A stretch of DNA of 64,000 nt from an uncultured bacterium (GTDB taxonomy: Bacteria > Verrucomicrobiota > Verrucomicrobiia > Chthoniobacterales > SZAS-18), in the NCBI GenBank assembly GCA_963766845.1, contig CAVYBS010000009.1:515735-579734 (forward strand). The letters run 5' to 3'. The notes below the pieces were generated by a model. That model was not told where the DNA came from, did not search any database, and worked only from the letters and a program-made list of their open reading frames with translations. Made by a program: the position numbers and the translations under genes. Shown here one piece after another: positions 42,628-51,831 of the stretch. Numbering within the stretch: position 1 is the first letter of the stretch; each line of letters starts with the position of its first letter.

Positions 42628-42957
42628 TCAGATCAAGGCTTCGAGCTTGTTGAGCAGCGTCTTTTTGTTGGTCGCGCCGAGGAGTTGGTCCTTGACCTCG
42701 CCGTCCTTGAAGAACAGCAGGAGCGGGATGCTCTGCACCTTGAAGCGGCGGGTCAACTCGGGATTATCGTCCACGTTGACCTTGGCCACCTTCGCGGTCC
42801 CGGCCTTTTCGGTGGCGATCTCATCGACCACCGGCGAGAGCATCCGGCAGGGCGGACACCACTGCGCCCAGAAATCCACGAGCACGGGGACGGACGACTG
42901 CAAAACCTCGGTCTCGAAGTTCGCGTCGGTGACAGTCAAGGTTTGTGGACTCGACAT
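42628..42957 (-). CDS. trxA: Thioredoxin
   Basis: VDFWAQWCPPCRML, SIP. Confidence 0.95.
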   Translation of the reverse strand: MSSPQTLTVTDANFETEVLQSSVPVLVDFWAQWCPPCRMLSPVVDEIATEKAGTAKVAKVNVDDNPELTRRFKVQSIPLLLFFKDGEVKDQLLGATNKKTLLNKLEALI

Positions 42958-43039
42958 AGGGAAGGGCAGGAAGGAACAGCAAAGAAACGGAAGACGACGG
43001 GGCGCGAGGGTCGAGGCTTAGGCGACTGACTCCAGCCGC

Positions 43040-45157
43040 CTAATTGGTGAGATAGGTCCAGAGTTGCATGCCGAAACTGATGGCCGCGAAGACGAGCACG
43101 CCCACCGAGACGAGCATCATCGTGGAATCCTCCCTCGCGGGCGCTTCCGCCTCGTCGCTGGTGATGCTCGCCATGGAAGTGACGAGCGCCGGGACGGTGC
43201 GAATCTGCGCGGTCGGCATTCTCGCCGGGGCGGGCGCGGGTTGAATCTTGACCGTCGCCTGCGGGATCGGCTTGGCGGCGATGGCGGGCACGTCAATGCG
43301 GACCGTTTCCTTCTTGAGGGTCGGTTTGACGGTCGGCGCGCCTTCGGCTGCAACCGGCTTGGGCACGGGCGTCGCCGGAGCGGCGGCGGAAGCAGCCGGA
43401 GCGACGGGTTTCGGCGCAACGGGTGCGGCCGGCGCGCCGGGCTTCAGCGGCGGCACGGGGGCAGACGGAGCCTTCGGCGGACCGCCAGCGGGTAGGACCG
43501 GGACAGCGGGCTTTGGCGCGACCGGGGCGACGGGCGGCTTCGGCGCGGCCGGAGCCGACGGTGCCGAAGCGACGGGCGCGGGGGCCGGCGCGGGCGGTTT
43601 CGGTGCGGCTGGCGCAACGGGCGCGGCCGGCGCAGGAGGAGCCGATGCCGCAGGTGCCGGAGCGGGCGGTTTCGGCGCGGCCGGAGGGACCGGGGCCGAC
43701 GCAACGGGCACGGGGACCGGCACAACGACCGGTGCGACCGGGGCCGATGGTGGAACCGGGGCCGATCCGGACGGGGCGGGTGGTGTCACCGGCAAGGAGG
43801 TCGGCGGGCGCGGCGGGGCCGGTGCGACGGGGACAGGCGGAGCCGGGCGCACGGCAGCCGGCGGAACCACTGGCGTGACGGGCGGTTTCGGCGCGGCAGG
43901 AGTCGGCGGCAAGGAAGCGGCGACTTCGGCCGGCTTCGGTTCGGCGGGCGGCGGCGTGGACACAGCGGGCGTGTCCGCCGGGGGTTTGGGGACGATTGGC
44001 ACGCTCCTCGCGGCGGCCGGCATGACAGACGGCGGCGTGGCCGGTGGCACGATGTTCGTCGGCCTCGGCACGGCCGGCGCGGGCGGAACGATAGGCGCGG
44101 GGGGAGTGGCCGAGGTCGGAGGAGCCGGAGGAACGGGCACGGCAGGTCGCGGCACGGTCGGAGCCGGCATGGACGGCGGGGCCACGGCCTGCGGCTTCGG
44201 AGCGTCTGGCACCGCTGGCACAGACGGCGCAGACGGCGGCGTCACTTCCGTCGGCTTCGCGCTCAATGGAACAAAAGGAGTCGGCGGGGCCGCTGGCGAA
44301 ATCGAGGCGGGAACGGCGGGCGGCGGCATCACCTTCGGAGGCTCCGGGATCGAGGGAGTCGCAGGCGCAGGCGGCGCGGCGGAAACCGGCACGGCCGGTG
44401 CGACCGGCGGCGGGGTGAACGTGACCGGCCTCGGGATGACCGGCACCGGCACGGCCGGCGCGGCGGGCGGCGGGGTGACGCTCGCCGGCCTCGGAGGAGC
44501 GGGTGCCTGCGGCGTGGGCGGCGGCGTGAAGACGGCCGGACGCGGCGGCATGGCCGGGGCTGGTGGCGCGGGCGGGGCCGGCGGCGCGACGGCAGCCGGT
44601 GGCGTGACCGGGGGAGCTGGCGGCATGGACGGAACCGACGGGGGAGCGGGACGAGGAGCCACGGGAACGGCCACCGCCGCCACCGGACGCGGCGCGGGCG
44701 GGGCCGGCGGCGCAACCGGGGCCGGCGCGGGAGCGGGCGGCGGCGCAACCGGGGATGTTGCTTCCACCGGGCGCGGCGCGGCGGGCGGGGGAGGCGAAGA
44801 GGTAATCCCCGCCGGAATGGCACCCATCGGACGACCAATCGGACGCGGTGCGACTGGCGTCTGGGGTGCGGCGGGCATCGCCGGACGCGCGACGGGGGGA
44901 CGCGCGGCCGGATTATTGGTAGGCGGCGGGGCCACGGGCCGCGGGGCCAGCACCGGCGGCTTGGACAGGTTCGATAACTTGGCTGACTCTCTCTTGGATT
45001 CCGCCGCTGCCGAGGAAGCGCCGAGCGAAGGACGGGCGGGCAGATTGATCCGCACCGTTTCCTTCTTCACCGGTGTTCCCACCGACTCGCCGACCGATGG
45101 CCGGGGCGGGAGCGTGATGCGGACGGTTTCCTTCTTGGGTTCATTGTCGCTCGGCAT
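43040..45157 (-). CDS. Pro/Ala-rich disordered protein with three KKETVRI motifs and C-terminal TM anchor
   Basis: About 700-aa open frame, repeated short motif, hydrophobic C-terminus. Confidence 0.8.
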   Translation of the reverse strand: MPSDNEPKKETVRITLPPRPSVGESVGTPVKKETVRINLPARPSLGASSAAAESKRESAKLSNLSKPPVLAPRPVAPPPTNNPAARPPVARPAMPAAPQTPVAPRPIGRPMGAIPAGITSSPPPPAAPRPVEATSPVAPPPAPAPAPVAPPAPPAPRPVAAVAVPVAPRPAPPSVPSMPPAPPVTPPAAVAPPAPPAPPAPAMPPRPAVFTPPPTPQAPAPPRPASVTPPPAAPAVPVPVIPRPVTFTPPPVAPAVPVSAAPPAPATPSIPEPPKVMPPPAVPASISPAAPPTPFVPLSAKPTEVTPPSAPSVPAVPDAPKPQAVAPPSMPAPTVPRPAVPVPPAPPTSATPPAPIVPPAPAVPRPTNIVPPATPPSVMPAAARSVPIVPKPPADTPAVSTPPPAEPKPAEVAASLPPTPAAPKPPVTPVVPPAAVRPAPPVPVAPAPPRPPTSLPVTPPAPSGSAPVPPSAPVAPVVVPVPVPVASAPVPPAAPKPPAPAPAASAPPAPAAPVAPAAPKPPAPAPAPVASAPSAPAAPKPPVAPVAPKPAVPVLPAGGPPKAPSAPVPPLKPGAPAAPVAPKPVAPAASAAAPATPVPKPVAAEGAPTVKPTLKKETVRIDVPAIAAKPIPQATVKIQPAPAPARMPTAQIRTVPALVTSMASITSDEAEAPAREDSTMMLVSVGVLVFAAISFGMQLWTYLTN

Positions 45158-45358
45158 AGAGGGAACGGGTGGAGAAAAAACGGGGGGGATGGATTGCCCT
45201 AGGGAATTTGTAGAGTTACTTCCCGCGCTCTTTCTTGTCAACGTCTTTGCACACGCCTTTTTCTCAAAAACGCACGGTCTTGCGCAACCTTCACCGCGAA
45301 CGCTGGTTTCACGTAAATACCCCGTACATACGTGGGCATTTTCTACCGGATAGCCGGA

Positions 45359-46192
45359 TCACTGCGCCCGGTTGACCACCGCGCGGACGAAGAGGCGCTC
45401 GAAAAACGTCCGCATTTCGCCGTAGGCCGATTCGGCGGCCTGCGCGTTGTAGGCGGTCGGCTTGGAGGGATCGTTGCCCGCCTCCGGGTTGGTGAAGGCA
45501 TGGACCGCGCCCGGGTAAGCGATGAACTTGAACGGCACCTTCGCGTCGTCCATTTCCTTTTTGAAGGCGGCCACGTCGGCCGGCGGCACGAGCGGGTCGT
45601 TCGCCCCGTGGAGGATGAGGAGTTCCCTGGCCTTGACCACCCCGGCCACCGCCGGCTGCCCGGTTTTTAAACCGCCGTGGAACGTGACCACCCCGCGCAC
45701 GTCAGCCCCGGAGCGGGCGAGTTCGAGCACGGTGGTTCCGCCGAAGCAAAACCCGATGGCCCCGATGCGCTCCGGGTCCACGCCGGGTTGCTTGAGCAGT
45801 TCCGCCAACGCCGCGTTCGCGCGGGTGCGAAACAACGCGGGGTCCTTATAGAATGGCGCGGCGAGTTTGCCGGCTTCCTCGGGGTTTTTGGCGTGCACAC
45901 CCTGCCCGTACATATCGAGAGCGAGGGCGACGTAGCCCAGCTTGGCGAGTTGCTCGGTGCGGGCGCGCACGAACGGACCGAACCCGGTCCAATCATGGGC
46001 CACGAGCACGCCGGGCACCTTGCCTGACAGCTTGACGGGGCGCGAAACGCAACCCTCGTAGGTCTGGTCACCGATCTGATAGGTGATGGGTTCGGTCGCA
46101 ATCTCAGGTTCGGCGGGCGCGGCGGCGAGTCGGCTCACGGCAACGGGCAGCGTCAGAACCGCAAGGAGCAGGGCAAAGCGAGGGCAGGACAT
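45359..46192 (-). CDS. Dienelactone hydrolase family protein (secreted)
   Basis: GFCFGG, HGANDP, AVHAFTN; signal peptide. Confidence 0.92.
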   Translation of the reverse strand: MSCPRFALLLAVLTLPVAVSRLAAAPAEPEIATEPITYQIGDQTYEGCVSRPVKLSGKVPGVLVAHDWTGFGPFVRARTEQLAKLGYVALALDMYGQGVHAKNPEEAGKLAAPFYKDPALFRTRANAALAELLKQPGVDPERIGAIGFCFGGTTVLELARSGADVRGVVTFHGGLKTGQPAVAGVVKARELLILHGANDPLVPPADVAAFKKEMDDAKVPFKFIAYPGAVHAFTNPEAGNDPSKPTAYNAQAAESAYGEMRTFFERLFVRAVVNRAQ

Positions 46193-46221
46193 GGAAAAGA
46201 GAGGATGAAGGATGAGGGATG

Positions 46222-46264
46222 ATTCGAGTCGGCGAGAAATCGCCCGCAGGGTGATAACGATGAA
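46222..46264 (-). repeat. Family C leader repeat, copy 2
   Basis: Reverse complement reads TTCATCGTTATCACCCTGCGGGCGATTTCTCGCCGACTCGAA, followed by TCATCCC/TCATCCT heptamers. Confidence 0.7.
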
Positions 46265-46362
46265 GACGGAAGCAGAAGCAGGGGAAAGGAACGTAAACGC
46301 TATCCAGACCTTCATCGCTTTCAATTATAGAAAGGAACCTTTCTGGATTTTGTCTTCGTCCT

Positions 46363-46410
46363 TCATCGTTATCGCACTAGCGTGCGATGTCTCGCGGACT
46401 CGGCGCATCT
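46363..46410 (+). repeat. Family C leader repeat, copy 3
   Basis: TCATCGTTATCGCACTAGCGTGCGATGTCTCGCGGACTCGGCGCATCT. Confidence 0.65.
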
Positions 46411-46427
46411 TTCATCCTTTCCACCAG

Positions 46428-46934
46428 ATGTTCGCCATCGCCGCCATGACCCGCCACGGCCGCGTCATCGGGCGCGCGGGCAGAACCCCCTGGCACCTGC
46501 CTGCGGAACTCCGCTGGTTCAAGCAGGCAACCACCGGCGCGGCCGTCCTGATGGGACGCAAAACCCTGGAGTCCATCGGCCGTCTGCTGCCGAATCGCCT
46601 GAACCTCGTCGTCACACACCGTCCCCTGCCCCCGGGCATCGGCGGACCCGACGTGCGGGTCGTGCCCGACCTCGTGGCGTTCCGGCCGGAGGTGTACCGA
46701 CCCCGCCAGGTATGGGTCATCGGCGGGGCGGAGGTTTTCACGCAGGTCTTGCCGCGTTGCGAGGCAGTTTTTCTGTCGCTGATCGATCAGGAGGTGGCAG
46801 GGGGCGATACCTTTTTCCCGGCGTTCGAGAATGATTTTCCGTACACGGAAACGATCTTGCGCGAGCCGGGTTTCGAGGTCGTGCGGTTCGGCCGGACGCC
46901 GGGGAACGGTTTTAGCTTGAGTTCGGCGCGGTGA
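46428..46934 (+). CDS. folA: Dihydrofolate reductase
   Basis: VIG...PWHLPAELRWFK, MGRKT.ESIG.LLPNR, VIGGAEVF, GDTFFP. Confidence 0.93.
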   Translation: MFAIAAMTRHGRVIGRAGRTPWHLPAELRWFKQATTGAAVLMGRKTLESIGRLLPNRLNLVVTHRPLPPGIGGPDVRVVPDLVAFRPEVYRPRQVWVIGGAEVFTQVLPRCEAVFLSLIDQEVAGGDTFFPAFENDFPYTETILREPGFEVVRFGRTPGNGFSLSSAR

Positions 46935-46964
46935 ACTTTCAGATTTGAAATCGCAAATCCGAGT

Positions 46965-47648
46965 ATGCGCTCCGGTTTTTGTATCCCCCTCTTGTTTCTG
47001 GCGATCACGGTTGCCATGACGCTGCCGCCGACGGCCCGCGCCGTCGATCCGGTGGCGGACGCCGCCGTTCGCTCACTCGCGCAGTTGACCGACCCGCGCC
47101 GCCTCGAAAGCCTGTCGGACGACGCTTTCCGCGCGCAACTCGGCCCCGCGCTCGGCTGGTTGCACGTCGCCCGCCGCCGCGACGTGGCCCCGGAAGCGGT
47201 CATCGCGCGGGCGTTCGCGTCCAACGGCCTCACCGGCGAACGCGCCCGGCTCACCCGCGAGTCGCTCCTGCGCAACCTCGCCCGCGCGGACGCCTGGGAA
47301 CTGTTCGCCCACAACGACAGCGCCCTGGCACTTTCGTTCGGACAACCGGCGCAAATCCCCACCGGCATCCACCGCGGCCACCTCGCGCGGGCCGCCGTGG
47401 TCGTGCCCGATGGCCTGACGGCACAGGATCGCCGGGAGTTCGCCTGCCTCGTGTTGCGCGCGGACGACGAGATGCCTTACGTGCCGCCCCCGCGCCACCG
47501 CCAGCCCGGCGACCTGCTCGCCAAAAAGAGCCGGACGCCCCCACCGCCGACGCATTCGCGCGCGGCCAGACCCGCCGTCGATGTTTCCGCCGGTCCGGCG
47601 TTCGACACGGTGCCGATTTCCTACGACGAGCCCCTGCCCTCGCTATAA
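46965..47648 (+). CDS. Secreted hypothetical protein
   Basis: Signal peptide ending ARA; helical domain LTDP..L..L / LTRESLLRNL; Pro-rich tail. Confidence 0.6.
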   Translation: MRSGFCIPLLFLAITVAMTLPPTARAVDPVADAAVRSLAQLTDPRRLESLSDDAFRAQLGPALGWLHVARRRDVAPEAVIARAFASNGLTGERARLTRESLLRNLARADAWELFAHNDSALALSFGQPAQIPTGIHRGHLARAAVVVPDGLTAQDRREFACLVLRADDEMPYVPPPRHRQPGDLLAKKSRTPPPPTHSRAARPAVDVSAGPAFDTVPISYDEPLPSL

Positions 47649-49121
47649 CGGGTGAAAGGAATCCGGGCGGGCGACGCCGGAGGACTGGTTCTCCAGGTGC
47701 CGGGCGTCAAGCGCACGCAGCAACTGCCGCTCCTGCCAGCGGTGGCGGACGATCAGGGCGACGCATCCCGCCAGCAGCAGCAGCAAGACCTTCAGCGGCG
47801 TGGGCCGCCACCAGCCCGAGGCCGGCAGGGTGACCGCATCCACGAGCGGCGACGGCTGCGACAACTGGCCGGCCGCATCGACCGACAACACCCGCACCGT
47901 CACCGGCTCGCCGGCGGTCAGCCCGCGCAACGTGGCCGTCACCCGGTCGGCGCGCACCCGGAAATCCGTCCGGTCGTACGGCAACCAATCGGTGCGGACG
48001 TTGCCCGGCTCCCTCTCGTCGCGCGCGAACGAGCGGCGTTCGATCCGGTAGCCACGCGGCAGCGGCGCGGGCGGACTCCAGCCGAGTTCCAGCGTGGAGG
48101 TGCCCACGGCGAGCACGTTGACCGCCGTGACCCGCGCCATGTTGACGAAGACGAGATCGGAGTCCGCGGTCCCCGGCGTGGAATGGACAGGCGGCGCGTC
48201 GGGCCGTTCAGGCGACGGAGCGGCGGCCGGCGTAGGGGTGGGCAAAACGTTGGCGACCTGCACGGGCGTCGGGGCCGGGGTCACAGCGGGAGCCGGGAGC
48301 GGCAACGGCTCGCGCACAGGTGCCGCCAACCCGGTGCCGACCAGCCGGACGACGCAACCCGTCGTGCTGTCCGCGTTGCCCGTATCGACCCGGAGCGTCT
48401 CCGCGAACGATCCTTCGGCATGCGGCCGGAACACGAACCGGAACGTCTGCCGCGCGCCCCGCCCGAGGCTGTAGGAAGGTTCGCCCTCCACGGTCCAGGG
48501 CGGCGGGGGATCGAGCCGGCCGTTCGCCAGGCCGCCGCCGCGATTTTCCAGGGTGAGCGTGACCCCGGTGGAATTTCCCGCTTCCACCGCGCCGAAATCT
48601 AGTTCGGACGGGCTTGCCGCGAGGTCCGGCAAACCGGCCGGGGCCGGGCCGGCGTCCGGCGCGGCGTCCGCCACCTCAATGTCCACGGTCTCGGCGGCCG
48701 ACACGGCTGTGCCCGGAGCCTGCGCGGCAAAGGTGAAGGTGTCGTGGCCGGGACCATCCGTCGCGCGGTGAACGTACGTCACGGCCACGGAGTCGCGGCC
48801 GATCCGGCGCGGCGTCCCCACGAAGGACCCGTGCGCGGGCGGCGTGCGCAGGAGGAAGCTGATCATTTTCCCGAGCGCGCCGTTGGCCTGGAGAACGATC
48901 TCGGCACTGCCGCCCGGCTGGAGGCGGACCTTCGTGGCCACGGGCGACGGTGGCGGCGGGATGCGCTTGTGGAGCTGGCGTTCGCCCTTCGAGTTGGCCT
49001 TGGGCGGCAGTTGGATGTCGGCGCGGGCCGGGGCCAGGAAAAATGCCAGGGGCAGAAGGCACCACGCGGCCATCAAAAGGAGGGACGCGGCCCGTGACCG
49101 CGATTGGATGGCTGACCGCAT
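47643..49121 (-). CDS. Surface protein with Ig-like domains, FN3 domain and C-terminal TM
   Basis: Signal peptide, DTFTF, LDFGAV...LTLENRGG, LGWSPP...LRGLTAG..V.VR, TM followed by RHRW. Confidence 0.75.
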   Translation of the reverse strand: MRSAIQSRSRAASLLLMAAWCLLPLAFFLAPARADIQLPPKANSKGERQLHKRIPPPPSPVATKVRLQPGGSAEIVLQANGALGKMISFLLRTPPAHGSFVGTPRRIGRDSVAVTYVHRATDGPGHDTFTFAAQAPGTAVSAAETVDIEVADAAPDAGPAPAGLPDLAASPSELDFGAVEAGNSTGVTLTLENRGGGLANGRLDPPPPWTVEGEPSYSLGRGARQTFRFVFRPHAEGSFAETLRVDTGNADSTTGCVVRLVGTGLAAPVREPLPLPAPAVTPAPTPVQVANVLPTPTPAAAPSPERPDAPPVHSTPGTADSDLVFVNMARVTAVNVLAVGTSTLELGWSPPAPLPRGYRIERRSFARDEREPGNVRTDWLPYDRTDFRVRADRVTATLRGLTAGEPVTVRVLSVDAAGQLSQPSPLVDAVTLPASGWWRPTPLKVLLLLLAGCVALIVRHRWQERQLLRALDARHLENQSSGVARPDSFHPL

Positions 49122-49297
49122 GGCGCTGCCGGGGAAAGGGGGAATCACGCTGACCGGCCGCTTCCGGCCCGGGACTGTTGCATTTTGCATTTCGCCTCCG
49201 CCCCGCTGCCTTCCGATGAGCATTGAGTTGATTATCGGCTGGCGGTTACTATCATGGCTGCTGCCGCAGAGCACAAGTCCCCATCCGCCGTCCATCC

Positions 49298-50038
49298 ATG
49301 AGAGCTTCCGACTGGTTTCACCGCGATTCCGCCCATCCACCCCATGTGCCTGCCGCCCTCGTTACCGTCCTCCGGCGGACCGGAACCGCCGCCGCGCTGA
49401 CGCTGCTGTTGCTCGCGGGCAGCGGTCTCGGTGCCACGCAGGCGAGCGCGCAACGGGCCTCCACTCTGCCCGCTCCGTTGCCGACCCCGACGCCCAAGCC
49501 GCAGGGGTTTTTCCTTTTCCGCCAGTCGCAGAAGCCCGCGAGTAATTCGATCAACCCCACCCAGTCCCCGGCGGTCATCAACAAGAGCACGTACGATCTG
49601 GTCACGCCGGAAAACGCGCACGTGATCGTCTCGTTGAGCCGGCAGCGCGCGTACCTGATGGTGGGCGAGGACGTGGCCATCGACTCGCCCATTTCCAGCG
49701 GACGCGCCGGGCACACGACTCCGAGCGGCACGTTTCACATCCTGGAAAAGGATCGCAGCCACATGTCGAACATCTACGGCAACTACGTGGACCGCAGCGG
49801 CCGGGTGGTGCGTAGCGGCATCAGCTCGAAGATCGACGCCGCGCCCGCGGGGACGCATTATGTCGGCGCGCCGATGTTGTGGTTCATGCGCCTGACCGGC
49901 GAGGGCGTGGGGATGCACGTGGGGATTCTGCCGGGTTACGCGGCGAGCCACGGGTGTATCCGCATGCCGTCCGACATCGCGCCGATGTTTTACGAGAAGG
50001 TCCGGCTCGGCACGACGGTCGTGGTGCGCGGGGATTAG
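49298..50038 (+). CDS. L,D-transpeptidase (YkuD family)
   Basis: VSLSRQRAYL, SSGR..H.TPSG, GMHVG...ASHGCIRM; true start probably GTG near 49346. Confidence 0.92.
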   Translation: MRASDWFHRDSAHPPHVPAALVTVLRRTGTAAALTLLLLAGSGLGATQASAQRASTLPAPLPTPTPKPQGFFLFRQSQKPASNSINPTQSPAVINKSTYDLVTPENAHVIVSLSRQRAYLMVGEDVAIDSPISSGRAGHTTPSGTFHILEKDRSHMSNIYGNYVDRSGRVVRSGISSKIDAAPAGTHYVGAPMLWFMRLTGEGVGMHVGILPGYAASHGCIRMPSDIAPMFYEKVRLGTTVVVRGD

Positions 50039-50174
50039 ACGGAGAGGCGGTGGCGGCAACGCTCGTGGCGCGAGCGGCAGCGGTCCACCTGTTTCGGGTC
50101 GTTACGCTCTACGGGTGGTATAGACGACATTTGTTCGCCTTTTTCTACGACTTTGGTTCGTCCACTACTGGTTA

Positions 50175-50254
50175 AAGCGTTTTTCGTTTGCGTGTAAGGT
50201 CTGCTCAAGCCCCGGCAGGGGCTGAAAAACCGGACAGGCAACTGAGAAACGCTT
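50175..50254. mobile_element. TA-flanked MITE (80-bp short form) inserted in a GTTAGGC core site
   Basis: TA|AAGCGTTT...AAACGCTT|TA; reverse complement matches both ends of 41186-41461. Confidence 0.78.
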
Positions 50255-50280
50255 TAGGCGTTAACCGACAGCCACCGATT

Positions 50281-50952
50281 ATGTCAAATTTACGTCCATG
50301 CATGGATTGCAGACAAATGATCAGCGCGTCGGCAATGCCTTGCCCAAAATGTGCATCGAATGAGCCATACGGGACAGCGTGTCTCATCTGCCGCCAATAT
50401 CTTCGCCGTAGTGATGGCATCTCGCTTCCTGTCAGCCAAGACCGCGTATATCACCAACAGTGTTTGGAGCAGCTTTTTACCATCTCTTCAGACCTTGAGT
50501 GTCCTGACTGCCACGTGCGCTACCCAGCAGGCTCGTTCCATTACTGGACGTTAGTGCATCCTGATTACCAACGACAACTGATTTGCCAAAGTTGTGGGTG
50601 TCCAACTCTCCTTTTCTCCCCCAAGCCAGGCTGGGGCCGCCAAAGTTGTGAGTACTGCAAACTTCCCATCTGGAACAAATTTCAAAGTTCTACAGAGTTT
50701 GGACCCGAGGTGCGCGGCGAGTGTGACCTTACCTACTACGCGCACGGAGTTTGTAGACAAGCGTATCTTCGGGACCATCCGCCATCTTGGGCCAGACCGA
50801 CGACCGCCCCTGCAAAGGGAACTGGCTGTATTCTTTGCGTTGGTACTCTTTTGACTGCGCTCGCATTCTTCAGAGTGTGCATTCACCACCAGACGCCTAA
50901 CCACGCGCTCCAGCGAACAGAGGCTGGCGGCACGTCTGTTCTGCATCCATAG
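50281..50952 (+). CDS. Gene cassette 1: Cys-rich multi-zinc-finger protein
   Basis: CMDC, CPKC, CLIC, HQQC, CPDC, CQSC, CEYC, HGVC; C-terminal hydrophobic stretch; lower GC; followed by attC. Confidence 0.7.
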   Translation: MSNLRPCMDCRQMISASAMPCPKCASNEPYGTACLICRQYLRRSDGISLPVSQDRVYHQQCLEQLFTISSDLECPDCHVRYPAGSFHYWTLVHPDYQRQLICQSCGCPTLLFSPKPGWGRQSCEYCKLPIWNKFQSSTEFGPEVRGECDLTYYAHGVCRQAYLRDHPPSWARPTTAPAKGTGCILCVGTLLTALAFFRVCIHHQTPNHALQRTEAGGTSVLHP

Positions 50953-50996
50953 TCCGTTCTCGCCAGCCTCTGTCGCTGAGCTTGGATTTGTTAGGC
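50895..50996 (+). mobile_element. Integron attC site 1
   Basis: R'' GCCTAAC, L'' CTCCAGC / L' GCTGAG with one extra base, 13-bp stem ACAGAGGCTGGCG / CGCCAGCCTCTGT, R' GTTAGGC. Confidence 0.9.
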
Positions 50997-51015
50997 GGTA
51001 CTCGCGCGTCCTTCT

Positions 51016-51297
51016 ATGACCACTCCTCCAGCCGACGTACTTGAGGCCGCCCTCCACACCCTCGACCACGCGCTGGTTTACACCCGCAACTTCACCATTC
51101 AGCCCACCGCCGACGCCCGCCAGATCAACGATCTCATGGAGGCCATTCACGCCATCCCCGGCGACCTCACGCGCTGGGCACCGCACTCCTTCGACACGTT
51201 GCGCCTGCACCTTGCCTGTTTCCAGCATACCCGCTGGCCGGGTGCGCCCGATCTCGTTCGCTTGTTCGACTCCCGGCTTACCACCCTTCGCCCGTGA
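51016..51297 (+). CDS. Gene cassette 2: hypothetical protein
   Basis: 93-aa ORF filling the space between attC1 and attC2. Confidence 0.72.
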   Translation: MTTPPADVLEAALHTLDHALVYTRNFTIQPTADARQINDLMEAIHAIPGDLTRWAPHSFDTLRLHLACFQHTRWPGAPDLVRLFDSRLTTLRP

Positions 51298-51306
51298 CAC
51301 CGTACC

Positions 51307-51409
51307 GCTTAACCACGCGCTCCAGCGAACAGGCATCGGCGTTCCCGTCCATCGTGCTCGTTTCGTCTTCTGTTGCTGGTGCGTGTCGCTGAGCCTGAGT
51401 TCGTCAGGC
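51307..51409 (+). mobile_element. Integron attC site 2 (variant R' GTCAGGC)
   Basis: GCTTAACCACGCGCTCCAGCGAACAG nearly identical to attC1 left end; TGTCGCTGAGC right end; imperfect inner stem. Confidence 0.82.
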
Positions 51410-51429
51410 GCTAAGTCACCACCCAGCTC

Positions 51430-51831
51430 ATGAAAGTTCTCGGAAGTATCGTGGCCACATTTGCTGGCTGGGCAGCCGTCAGCCTTTATTTTCTCAACAG
51501 TGGCAATTTTCCCGATGACAGCTGGGGCGATATTCTTGCCTACCCCACGATTTTCGCTTTTCTCGTGTGGTTGCTCGTGGTGCTGCCACTCCATGTTTGC
51601 GTGCCATTTGCTTCCCGCTTCTGGTTTTGGCCCATCAGCACTTTGTGCGGGATTGCGGGTGGAGTGTTTTTGTTCTCGGCGCTTTTTTTCCTCATCGACC
51701 GTGAGGATTTTGTCCATCACTTTCGCGGCATGTTCATTGACATTTTATTCCCCGGTATCCTTTCGGGCGGCATGACCGGTTTTTGCGGCTCTTTGACCGC
51801 GCCATACTTTCTACGAGTTCGCCGCGCCTGA
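51430..51831 (+). CDS. Gene cassette 3: four-TM membrane protein
   Basis: Hydrophobic 133-aa ORF starting about 20 nt after attC2; lower GC. Confidence 0.72.
   Translation: MKVLGSIVATFAGWAAVSLYFLNSGNFPDDSWGDILAYPTIFAFLVWLLVVLPLHVCVPFASRFWFWPISTLCGIAGGVFLFSALFFLIDREDFVHHFRGMFIDILFPGILSGGMTGFCGSLTAPYFLRVRRA

Noticed and set aside
43248-45353. 701-aa Gly-rich ORF on the + strand (PE-PGRS-like appearance)
   Set aside because: Antisense shadow of the Pro/Ala-rich gene; the minus-strand frame carries the repeated motif and the TM anchor
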